Part shown: in pieces, positions 14,101-24,700 of the stretch
How positions within the stretch are numbered: the first letter of the stretch is position 1
Layout: the number at the start of each line of letters is the position of its first letter
Source: Lingula anatina
Lineage: Eukaryota > Animalia > Brachiopoda
Direction: 5' to 3'
Length of the DNA stretch: 64,000 nt
NCBI GenBank assembly: GCA_051362555.1
Contig: CM120640.1
Span: 71,836,788 to 71,900,787, forward strand
The notes under the pieces: generated by a model
What the model was told of the DNA's origin: nothing
What the model saw: only the letters and a program-made list of their open reading frames with translations
Database searches by the model: none
Made by a program: the position numbers and the translations under genes

Positions 14101-14178
14101 ACGCCGTGGACTTCTAGGACTTACTGTGCGTGTCCGTCCTGACATTCTTTCTGCACTGCTTAGTTTTGCTGCTGGCAT
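3167..14178 (-). CDS. LCA5: Lebercilin-like ciliary protein (LCA5/LCA5L family), about 862 aa
   Basis: Exons (minus) 14178-13881, 12987-12503, 11198-11061, 10122-9910, optional 5295-5251, and 4621-3167; all GT-AG and frame-consistent. Lebercilin-like coiled coil RRVLSARKLKISEMRNEI...ENKTLKRLQAKQDRELQRFEDKESDLPQLI...H..EVRTLRE and EKEKELEIKNIYSNR. Likely 5' UTR acceptor at 14293 and donor near 15439. Confidence 0.88.
5600..5853 (+). mobile_element. HINE/DINE-1-like non-autonomous Helentron
   Basis: TTATTACCTCCGC start, (GTCT)n, core CATAACTCAAAAAGTTATGGACCGATTT, 3' CTTGGCAAAGGT, a hairpin and a CTAGT end. A related copy lies in opposite orientation at about 6770-6957. Confidence 0.65.
6523..6690 (-). 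mobile_element. MITE family A (CAGGGGCGGA termini), diverged copy
   Basis: Reverse-complement homolog of 17408-17592 and 28200-28367; flanked by (C)AATAA direct repeats. Confidence 0.7.
6770..6957 (-). mobile_element. HINE-like element fragment
   Basis: Reverse complement of the core seen at 5600-5853 (CGGTCCATAACTTTTTG...GACAGACAAACAGGGGTGAAAA...GAGGTAAAT). Confidence 0.6.
6983..7124. repeat. Palindrome: 24-bp perfect inverted arms around a (TA)n tract
   Basis: CAAACTTTTAATCTTCCAGTTTGA-(TA)n-TCAAACTGGAAGATTAAAAGTTTG. Confidence 0.9.
8132..8394 (-). mobile_element. 3' stub of a non-LTR retrotransposon (poly-A tail, 13-bp TSD)
   Basis: TSD AAATGTCCAACTT at 8119-8131 and 8395-8407. A T-run of about 30 nt ends in TTTATT (AATAAA on minus). 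The GT-rich 3' UTR is compositionally like that of the LINE at 40232-40400. Confidence 0.8.
8650..9740. repeat. About 160-180 bp satellite-like tandem repeats with (GAC)n, probably Helentron-associated
   Basis: GCTGATTTTCGAACTTGACCTGCGTATTATG...CATCAGTTCTGTAAGTTTCAA recurs at about 8850, 9011 and 9172, with diverged copies near 8690, 9412 and 9560. GACGGCGACGAC tract at about 9280-9330. Confidence 0.7.
10247..10419. mobile_element. MITE family B (CTGGGGTAGCGCTA TIRs, 5-bp TSD)
   Basis: TIR CTGGGGTAGCGCTA...TAGCGCTACCCCAG; TSD CATGG/CATGG; near-identical copy at 59883-60055. Confidence 0.88.
10475..11033. repeat. Compound minisatellite: 42-bp array interrupted by a 44-bp array
   Basis: 42-bp unit CACAGCAGACCTGTGCACAATGGATATGGTACTGACATACAA flanks a block (about 10655-10895) of the 44-bp unit ACACAACCAGCAGCCACATATAACACAACCATCTGGCAGTAATA. 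Confidence 0.92.
11890..12450. repeat. 44-bp (2x22) minisatellite, LCA5 intron
   Basis: About 12 copies of the 44-bp unit; source of the Cys/Trp-rich spurious ORFs. Confidence 0.92.
13145..13510. repeat. 44-bp minisatellite variant, LCA5 intron
   Basis: Same family with diagnostic variants CAGCATCCACAAATA and GCAGTGATA/GCAGTTATA. Confidence 0.9.
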
Positions 14179-15559
14179 CAAATCAGATTTTTATATTCCA
14201 CATGCAGCACTGTGTCAGTTTGGGTTACTTATGGCATTCAGTACATTTAGTGTGCTAATCATGCTTACTTTCCATGCTTTAATTGTTGTGCTCTGAAAGG
14301 AAGAATAAAAGAGTAAGTGGTGCCATTTAAGAGATGCATGCAGTTGACAGGCTACATGGACATTCAGCATGCACAACAATTTCATATCCATGGGTCTCAA
14401 GGTCAACTCATATAACATGTCCAAACTTCCATACATGTTTATCAGACTGTGACATTCAGCCACAAATTTGATTGAACTTAACCTTACATGCATTTTGTTA
14501 TCCAGTGTGTATGTTCCTGTGAAGGGACATTAATTAAGACCAGTCTAGATAACATATATGTGGCTATAGTACAGTGAACTTCAATCCAACCCTTCCTACC
14601 TCCCCGTTTCTGACATGACAAGAACCTGTATAATTTTTTTTTTTTAATGAAGAAGCTGGAACTCTGACAATTTAAAAGATTTAACCTTAGGCTGATTTTA
14701 ATTACACATGTGAGGTTGTACCTTCATGTAGTTGCAGTTCCATGTACTACATTTATACATATACTGTAGTTGTTTTCTTGGTAATCCAAAGGTATAATAC
14801 TAATGTACTATATTTATACATATATAGTATATATAAATCCAATGGTCCGAAGGTTCATTAGTCCAAGATTTTGTTTGTCTCTGAGGGTTTTCAACTTACT
14901 GCCAGTAACCTATACACTTTATTCATGCGTTACTACAGACTATTGCACAGTCAGACCAATGAACCTTCAGACTACTGCTATGGCTCTCTTTTCTTCACAG
15001 AGTATCAGTCTCCATGGTGTGCTTTGTGGCAAACACTGAACAGACTTCATTTATCTATCAAATATTACACTTGACAGACCTCAAATGACAGGTAAATACA
15101 CTGTACCTTGAATAACATCAATATATTACAGCTGTTTTCTGAATCTCTGTCTCAAACAAGTCCTTATTTGTCAGAAGAGGCTGTGATATTTTGTCCACCG
15201 GTGCACAACTGTGTTTCTTGCACCCGCAATTAGCGATCTCTTGATCTCTAAGTGTTTAGGAAATGGTTATTGAATTTCTTGTCACTATGGGAAGCACAGG
15301 AAATCGATTAATTGTGTAAAATGTACAACTAATCATCCGATCGGCAACCCTCGAGTGCAAGACTATGAAATTAGACAAATGTAAACTACTAAACCCAAGA
15401 GATTGGTTTTGAAGTTCAGTTAAAAGTACCGTACGTTACCTAATTGAGCTAGGTGGGCCCCGGGTTTCTCATCTCCTGTATACTTGTATAAAATTTCCAT
15501 CTAGAACAACAAGGTGGTTGAACTGTGTAGAGAAGAAGAGAAAGGTGAATAATCAGGTT

Positions 15560-15786
15560 TTGTTTTCCTACCAAGCAACGATACAAACAGCCGCAGTTTT
15601 GGTGACGTCATTTTTCTGACGTCATTGATTTGTGTGTACTCCCATGTTGGAATTCCCCAAATCTGAGACTGTAGGCTGGCGCTTCTGAAATCTCCGTCCA
15701 TCGGCAATTTGTGGTGAACATAAATAGCAAATTGTTTGGATTAATCCAAAGGAAATTTGTTGTATTTTATCTCCTGTGATTAGAAG
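15560..15786. promoter_or_regulatory. Putative bidirectional promoter of LCA5/SH3BGR with two perfect CRE palindromes
   Basis: TGACGTCA at 15603-15610 and 15617-15624. Partial RFX X-box-like GTTGCTTGGTAGG (minus, 15567-15579). CpG-retaining patch between the divergent first exons. Confidence 0.6.
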
Positions 15787-18700
15787 ATGGTTATCAAGCT
15801 TTATATGTCTTCTCTCTCAGGAAGCACTGAGGTAGGTCGCCTGTCAAAATATTTGTTTACATTCTGTTGACACACCCACACAAGGTAAGTTAGTGGAAAT
15901 AATGTTTGTAGGAGGTTAAGGATGACCCCATTGTAGATACCATCAGAGCCTTTTGCCTTTTACCGTATAAGCAAGTCTGGTATATCTTACTACTGACGTA
16001 AGGCCTTGTCATATGTAGGATTTTATCTTACCCTGTCATCTGTAACACTGCAGTACACTGTACGTATGATGCTGCCTTGATATCATGTAACCACAGTTTA
16101 ATCTTAGCTTGCCATTTAGGCTCACAACAGGAGTAAGACAGGCCCTCTTTATTTGAATCAATTTATGCTGATTTCAAATATTGAACGACAGGGATTACAC
16201 ATAAAAGTGCTTTTTCTTTGCATGTATTGGTAAGTCTTCTTCTTCTTCTTCTTCTTCTTCTTCTTGCTTGTTTTGTTGATAATTACAGATTAAAAAGAAG
16301 CAGTCCAAGATCAAGGATCTCCTGGAAAGTTTGAAGATAGAATTTGAAGAAATTGATATCTCAGATCACCGCAATGAAAAACAAAAAGAGTTTATGAGAA
16401 ATAACAGCAAGGGCAAGAAGGAGGGAGAGACCCCTATAGCCCCGCAACTCTTTAATGATGACAAGTATTTGGGGGTAATTTCTCTTTTTCATCTAGACCT
16501 GTTTCTTTAATTTAATTGAATTTACATATTTGATAGTTTTAGAAGGACTTACATAAAACTGGTTGTATGAGTACATTAAAGAAAGATATACATGGGGCGT
16601 GGTTCATAGCATCAGTACATTAAGGTAGAAATCCTTGTTCCTGGCATGAGTAAATAAAGATAGATTTGGCAAAATGTAGGGATGTTTGACAGCTGATCGT
16701 CTACACTATCTAGTTTGTTTTATTTTCCATATGTGAAATTGTTTTTCTTAAAATACATCTATCTTCACACAGGATTATGATGCCTTCCTGGATGCAACAG
16801 AAAATGAACAAATCTATGAATTCTTTCAATTACAATCTCCCAAAAAAGAAAAGAAGTCAGAAGAGGTGATAACAAATGTAAGTGCTTGACTAAGTCTGCT
16901 GCTTCCAACATTGGGAGGGTGTTAACACAGTACTTAAGGTTAAGAAGAATTTTAATTTTAATTGAAATGTATTTTTTCTTTGAATGGAGACAACTTAATT
17001 TAGAATAATAATTTGGTCTTATTTGTTCCAAATGTTATAGTATTGGTATCATTTGAAAGTTGTTATTTTAAGAATAGGATTCTGTGATGATCTGTAAGAG
17101 TATTGGTATCACATGACACTTGTCATTTGTAAAGCAGGATTCTGTGATATTCTGTAACGGTATTGGTGTCACATGACACATCTGATATAGTGCACCTTTT
17201 TGTACAATTTATATATATATTGCAAAGTCATGTGCCTGTACATTTATTAGATTTGTTATATAGATATATTGCAATGCCATTGACTACTATTGTGTAGGAA
17301 AATGGAGATGTAGAAGAGGAGGAGAAGACGGACAAGGAAAAAGAGCAGGATTCGGTAACTTGTTGCCTTGCATCTGTTGCCATCTGCTTCTATTTGATAT
17401 GATTATACAGGGGCGGATTTAGGCCGTCTTCTGGGTCTTCCAGAAGACGGTCAGATTTTCAAGTTTATATTGACAGGTATCTAATTTTTTCTGTTGGAAG
17501 ACTGTCAAAATTGGAGGATGGATCAACAAAGATAATTTGGAAGGCTGTCAGAAAATAGCTCTGGATCCGCCCCTGCTCTGGATCCGCCCCTGTTATACCC
17601 ACTTTGTAATAGAATGAATAGCATGTGCTTTGCCATTTGATTTTTTTTCACATTTATTTGTTTAGGTAAATTGTTAATTGTAAATTGTAAAATGTTGCAT
17701 TTGGATACTGGACTGATATGATTGAGTTATTTGAATTAAATTACATAAGTAAATTTTCAGAAACATTATGTCAAAAAAATTCAACATTATCTTGGAGTCA
17801 GCAGAAGCCATAAACTACTGTAGTATGCCAGTGGATAGTGAAAGAACATATATAGTCATCATTACGATTTGACCCTATTTCAGTATGAACAATACTAGTG
17901 TAGTATGCCAGTGGATAGTGAAAGAATAGATGTAGTCATCACTACGATTTGATCCTCTTTTAGGGACCGTTCACATGAGAAATCTATTTTCTAAAAATCT
18001 AAAAATCTATTTGCGGTATCTTGTGATCACAAGATACCACAAATAGATTTTCAGATTTTAGAAAATAGATTTTGCATGTGAACGCAGCCTAAGTATGTGG
18101 AATACCCTCTGTGAAATGATTAATTCAACATGATTAATTGCGCACTGAGCAAAGTGAAACCTAAGCTTAATTGCTGACCCCTGTACTAGATAGTGTTGTG
18201 AAGGCAGCCTAAGTATGTGGAATACCCTCTGTCTGTGAAATGATTAATTCAACAATCCAAATTGCGCACTGATCAAAGTGAAGCCTAGGCTTGATTGCTG
18301 ACCCCTGTACTAGCTAGTGTTGTGAAGGCAGCCTTAGATTTTAGCAGCTTGACATGAATAAACCAATATCTTACATTTTATCCGCATGACAGGAAATACT
18401 TAGTTTTGGATTTTATCTCCAAAATGAACTGGTAGACTAGTAGCACCTTGTTTTATCTCATGGACCTGAATACCTAGGTTTTATCTCAATGGACTAGTAG
18501 CACCTTGTTTTATCTCATTGACCTGAATACCTAGGTTTTATCTCAATGGACTAGTAGCACCTTGTTTTATCTCATGGACCTGAATACCTAGGTTTTATCT
18601 CAATGGACTAGTAGCACCTTGTTTTATCTCATGGACCTGAATACCTAGGTTTTATCTCAATGGACTAGTAGCACCTTGTTTTATCTCATGGACCTGAATA

Positions 18701-21700
18701 CCTAGGTTTTATCTCAATGGACTAGTAGCACCTTGTTTTATCTCATGGACCTGAATACCTAGGTTTTATCTCAATGGACTAGTAGCACCTTGTTTTATCT
18801 CATTGACCTGAATACCTAGGTTTTATCTCAATGGACTAGTAGCACCTTGTTTTATCTCATTGACCTGAATACCTAGGTTTTATCTCAATGGACTAGTAGC
18901 ACCTTGTTTTATCTCATTGACCTGAATACCTAGGTTTTATCTCAATGGACTAGTAGCACCTTGTATTATCTCATGGACCTGAATGCATAGGTTTTATCTC
19001 ATAAACTGGCTTTACTAAAATCCTTGATTTTAACAGGTGGACTTGTTGTATCCATCCTTTATTTCTGCAACAGCTTTAATAATGCTTACAGAACATATTT
19101 ATTGCCCAATTGAGAAATTATATTTGTTTATGTAAATGTCACATGAACTCGAGATGCTACCCATGCTTGAAGTGCTTACTTATAGTTGCAATTGCAGCAT
19201 TCTTGATGGGATTTAGTTTGAATTATTAAATAGCTCTACAATATGGGTGTTTTTAATCAGGACAAAGAAGATGAAGGAGAAGAAAAACAGGAAGAGGAGA
19301 GTGATGAAGAAAAGAAAGAAGAGGAGGTAAAAGCAGCATGACCATTTATTTCAACAATGTTTTTTATAGCAGACAATTCCCAGCTTTTATTATAGTTCAC
19401 TTGTATTGAATGCATGTTTCAGGTACTTGATGATCATTGATGTATTATGTTACATTATACTGTTCTTCATAGAAACATTTCCTGGTATAAAGAAATAGAT
19501 CTTCAATTGTTCTTGTTTTACTAGGATGTTTTATTAACATCTGGACTTTATTTCTAACAGTCACTTGCATCTAGGATTGAATTCAAGCTTAAAGCCATGC
19601 TAAAATTCCCTTTGTTTTGTTCTTGATGCCCAGTGTAATTACCAGCTGTGCACTGCTGTTCTTGATGCCTAGTGTAATGACCAGCTGTGTACTGCTGTTC
19701 TTGATGCCCAATGTAATTACCAGCTGTGTACTGCTGTTCTTGATGCCCAGTGTAATTACCAGCTGTGCACTGCTGTTCTTGATGCCTAGTGTAATGACCA
19801 GCTGTGTACTGCTGTTCTTGATGCCCAATGTAATTACCAGCTGTGTACTGCTGTTCTTGATGCCCAATGTAATTACCAGCAGTGCACTGCTGTTCTTGAT
19901 GCCTAGTGTAATTACCAGCTGTGTACTGCTGTTCTTGATGCCCAGTGTAATTACCAGCAGTGTACTGCTGTTCTTGATGCCCAGTGTAATTACCAGCTGT
20001 GTACTGCTGTTCTTGATGCCCAGTGTAATTACCAGCTGTGTACTGCTGTTCTTGATGCCCAGTGTAATTACCAGCTGTGTACTGCTGTTCTTGATGCCCA
20101 GTGTAATTACCAGCAGTGTACTGCTGTTCTTGATGCCCAGTGTAATTACCAGCTGTGTACTGCTGTTCTTGATGCCCAGTGTAATTACCAGCTGTGTACT
20201 GCTGTTCTTGATGCCCAGTGTAATTACCAGCAGTGTACTGCTGTTCTTGATGCCCAGTGTAATTACCAGCTGTGTACTGCTGTTCTTGATGCCCAGTGTA
20301 ATTACCAGCTGTGTACTGCTGTTCTTGATGCCCAGTGTAATTACCAGCTGTGTACTGCTGTTCTTGATGCCCAGTGTAATTACCAGCTGTGTACTGCTGT
20401 TCTTGATGCCCAGTGTAATTACCAGCTGTGTACTGTTGTTCTTGATGCCCAGTGTAATTACCAGCTGTGTACTGCTGTTCTTGATGCCCAGTGTAATTAC
20501 CGGCTATGTACTGTTGTTCTTGGTGCCCAGTGTAATTACCAGCTGTGTACTGCTGTTCTTGATGCCCAGTGTAATTACCAGCAGTGTACTGTTGTTCTTG
20601 ATGCCCAGTGTAATTACCAGCTGTGTACTGCTGTTCTTGATACCCAGTGTAATTACCAGCTGTGTACTGCTGTTCTTGATGCCCAGTGTAATTACCAGCT
20701 GTGTACTGCTGTTCTTGATGCCCAGTGTAATTACCAGCTGTGTACTGCTGTTCTTGATGCCCAGTGTAATTACCAGCTGTGTACTGCTGTTCTTGATGCC
20801 CAGTGTAATTACCAGCTGTGTACTGCTGTTCTTGATGCCCAGTGTAATTACCAGCTGTGTACTGCTGTTCTTGATGCCCAGTGTAATTACCAGCTGTGTA
20901 CTGCTGTTCTTGATGCCCAGTGTAATTACCAGCTGTGTACTGCTGTTCTTGATGCCCAGTGTAATTAGCAGCTGTGAAAACTTGGTGTCTATTAACACAT
21001 GTTGTTACCTTGGTAGATACTACAGTACCAATGACGGTGGTCTGCCATCTGGTAATAAGTAACAGTCAAATATAATATATCATAGCACACCAAGTATATT
21101 TACTAAATGCACATGGTAGGCTGTCACTTGTAGGTTTTAATTATTTCACCCACAGCTGACTGTTGGCTCACTTCACTCCCCTTGCTTCAATACCCGGCTC
21201 ATGCTTTCTAACATTGGCCTTCATGTAGGACAGGGATGATGCTGAGGTCAGTGAAGATGAAAGTAAAACTGGACAGGAGAAGGAGGGTGAGAGTGAAAAC
21301 ACTGAGGTGGCAGGAGTAGAAGCTGAAGAATCTGATGACAAAGAAGAAGAGAAGGACAAAGAGGAGAAGGATGAGGCCAGCAAGGTGGTATGCATGGGCA
21401 TGCTGTCTTGATTTGACCCCAGACCTAACTTATGCTTCTCAGCTTTATGAAATTTTATTTTCAGGGTTCTAAAAAGTTTTATTTACATATTTTCCAGTAA
21501 AGGTTATGAATTACTGTAGATCTATAACACACTAGTATTTCAGTTTTCTTTCAATTATTAACAAAAGAAGTTTTTCATATTTTGTGCTCAAGCCCCAGTT
21601 TCACAAAGAATATAAAAAACTGAAGTTGACTACATTAAGCTTAGTGCCTTATCTATGAAGACAACAGTGTAGCCGTCTCTAAGTGTTGCACAAAGAGTCT

Positions 21701-24700
21701 TAAATTCCAGCTTCAAAGTTAGAAAAATTGAAAAGTGCCATTGGACATCTAGTAGTAAAAAAATGTGGACAAACGTAGCAATGTTGCATTTTAATTTTTA
21801 TTAAGAAATTCAATAAGTTTCAGTAACCTTCAAAGATATTATAACACAATATGGTGAGTGGCCTTTTAGACTCTATGTGAAACACAGCTAAGTCCTGCAT
21901 GGTCTTTGTAACATTGTAAACAAATATTTTAGCCAAAACATACCTAGAATTTTTGTGAAACAGGGGCCAGTTGTTTAGTGAAACAATTAGAAATATACAG
22001 TGCTCTCAGCTATGAAGTTTAGTTAAGATATTGTTGATATGTGTGCCTGGTGGTGTTTGAAATAGACTATTGTCAAATATCAAATAATTATTTCATTCTT
22101 TAGGAGGAGGAGAGTGAAAGTGAGACAGATGATAAAAAGGTAGTTTATGCATGGTGAGGTGCATGCACTTTGGTTCTTTCAACTGTTTGTCCACCATGTG
22201 AAAATAGATCATCCAGTCTGTGCTTTAGTACCTGCCAAATCTGTGACATGATGAATATAATGAACATATTGGTCTGCCATGGTGATTGTTACATGGACTA
22301 ACTGTATTTGAACCAACTTCTAAGCTGTTATAAAACATATTGAAGTGTATACTCATATATTTTGATTTATACTTTCTTGCAAAAACAAATATTCATTACA
22401 GATGTGTGCATATGCATAGATTGGAATCCTAATAGGAGGCTTTTACTTATTGACCCCCACCCCCTTTTAATTGTGTGTAAATATAAGTTATGTTAGATTG
22501 AATATTATATTGTTTTGGGGGGTGGCTGTAGATGCAGTGGAAAAAGTAAGGCTTGTCATGTGCTGCCACCTATGTGTTTGCAGGTGCTTGAAAACTATGT
22601 TTAAACAGTGCAATGGGGGGGGGGGGGGGACAATAAAACAATGAGTTTTGAAGATGTACTGGTGTATCTGTCATTGCATTACCTTTAACAGCATGCTGAT
22701 GTACATGTGCAGTATATATGTCACAGGCCAGATCAGTATATATACTCTGCAGATGACAATAGTGCATTTGGCACAGTGTAGTACATATACACTGCAGATG
22801 AAAACTGTTTACTGCAGACTGTATTAATTGAGAGTCTTGGCATTAATAGATTTGAAAAGATGAAATGCTTTCACAGCGGCAGTGATTTTTTTCAGGCCTA
22901 TGAGCTTAACTTTTGTATGTGCTTATATGAGATTGTAAGGTAGATAAGGTGCTATGTTATTTGTGTTATAATACTCTGCCTGTGGCATGAAAACAGTTGA
23001 AACATAAGAATTATGTGAAGACAGCTATATATGTACATGTGATATATATCTTCACCCTGATGTCTGGTGGTACATGTAATGATGTCTGGTGGTACTTGCC
23101 ATGATGTCTGGTGGTACTTGCCATGGTGTCTGGTGGTACATGTAATGGTGTCTGGTGGTACTTGTAATGATGTCTGGTGGTACATGTAATAATGTCTGGT
23201 GGTACTTGCCATGGTGTCTGGTGGTACTTGCCATGATGTATGGTGGTACTTGCCATGGTGTCTGGTGGTACATGTAATGATGTCTGGTGGTACATGTAAT
23301 GATGTCTGGTGGTACTTGCCATGGTGTCTGGTGGTACATGTCATGGTGTCTGGTGGTATGTGCCATGGTGTCTGGTGGTACATGTAATGGTGTCTGGTGG
23401 TACGTGTCATGGTGTCTGTTGGTACGTGCCATGGTATGTGATGGTACATGTAATGGTGTCTGGTGGTATGTGCCATGGTGTCTGGTGGTACATGTAATGG
23501 TGTCTGGTGATACATGTCTTGGTATTTGGTGGTACATGTCATGGTGTCTGATGGTATGTGCCATGGTGTCTGTTGGAACATGTAATGGTGTCTGGTGGTA
23601 CTTGTAATGGTGTCTGGTGGTACTTGTCATGGTGTCTGGTGGTAAATGTCATGGTGTTTGGTGGTACGTGCCATGGTGTCTGGTGGTACATGTCATGGTG
23701 TCTGGTGCTATGTGCCATGGTGTCTGGTGGTACGTGCCATGGTGTCTGGTGGAACATGTCATGGTGTCTGGTGGTTCGTGCCATGGTGTCTGGTGGAACA
23801 TGTCATGGTGTCTGGTGGTACGTGCCATGGTGTGTGATGGTACATGTAATGGTGTCTGGTGGTATGTGCCATGGTGTCTAGTGGTACATGTAATGATGTC
23901 TGGTGGTACTTGCCATGGTGTCTGATGGTACATGTCATTGCGTCTGGTGGTACGTGTCATGGTATGTGATGGTACATGTCATGGTGTCTGGTGGTATGTG
24001 CCATGGTGTCTGGTGGTACATGTCATGGTGTCTGGTGGTACATGTCATGGTGTCTGGTGGTACATGTGGTGTCTGGTGGTACATGTCATGGTGTCTGGTG
24101 GTACTTGTCATGGTGTCTGGTGGTACTTGTCATGGGGTCTGGTGGTACATGTCATGGAGTCTGGTGGTACATGTAATAATGTCTTGTGGTACATGTCATG
24201 GTGTCTGGTGGTACTTGTCATGGTGTCAGGTGGTATGTGCCATGGTGTCTAGTGGTACATGTAATGATGTCTGGTGGTACTTGCCATGGTGTCTGGTGGT
24301 ACATGTCATTGCGTCTGGTGGTACGTGTCATGGTATGTGATGGTACATGTCATGGTGTCTGGTGGTATGTGCCATGGTGTCTGGTGGTACATGTCATGGT
24401 GTCTGGTGGTACATGTGGTGTCTGGTGGTACATGTCATGGTGTCTGGTGGTACTTGTCATGGTGTCTGGTGGTACTTGTCATGGGGTCTGGTGGTACATG
24501 TCATGGAGTCTGGTGGTACTTGTCATGGTGTCAGGTGGTACATGTCATTGCGTCTGGTGGTACGTGTCATGGTATGTGATGGTACATGTCATGGTGTCTG
24601 GTGGTATGTGCCATGGTGTCTGGTGGTACATGTCATGATGTCTGGTGGTACATGTCATGGTGTCTGGTGGTACATGTGGTGTCTGGTGGTACATGTCATG

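Noticed and set aside
14840-14978. Short inverted repeat GGTCCGAAGGTTCATTAGTC / GACCAATGAACCTTCAGAC
   Set aside because: Probably a decayed DNA-transposon relic, but the ends and TSD cannot be defined.
16590-16655. tRNA/SINE-like start GGGGCGTGGTTCATAGC
   Set aside because: No convincing cloverleaf or B-box; cannot be supported without tRNAscan or Dfam.
19617-21062. 481-aa ORF of LFLMPSVITSCVL repeats
   Set aside because: The 39-bp unit is a multiple of 3 and lacks a stop by chance; it is intronic in SH3BGR with no unique coding flanks.
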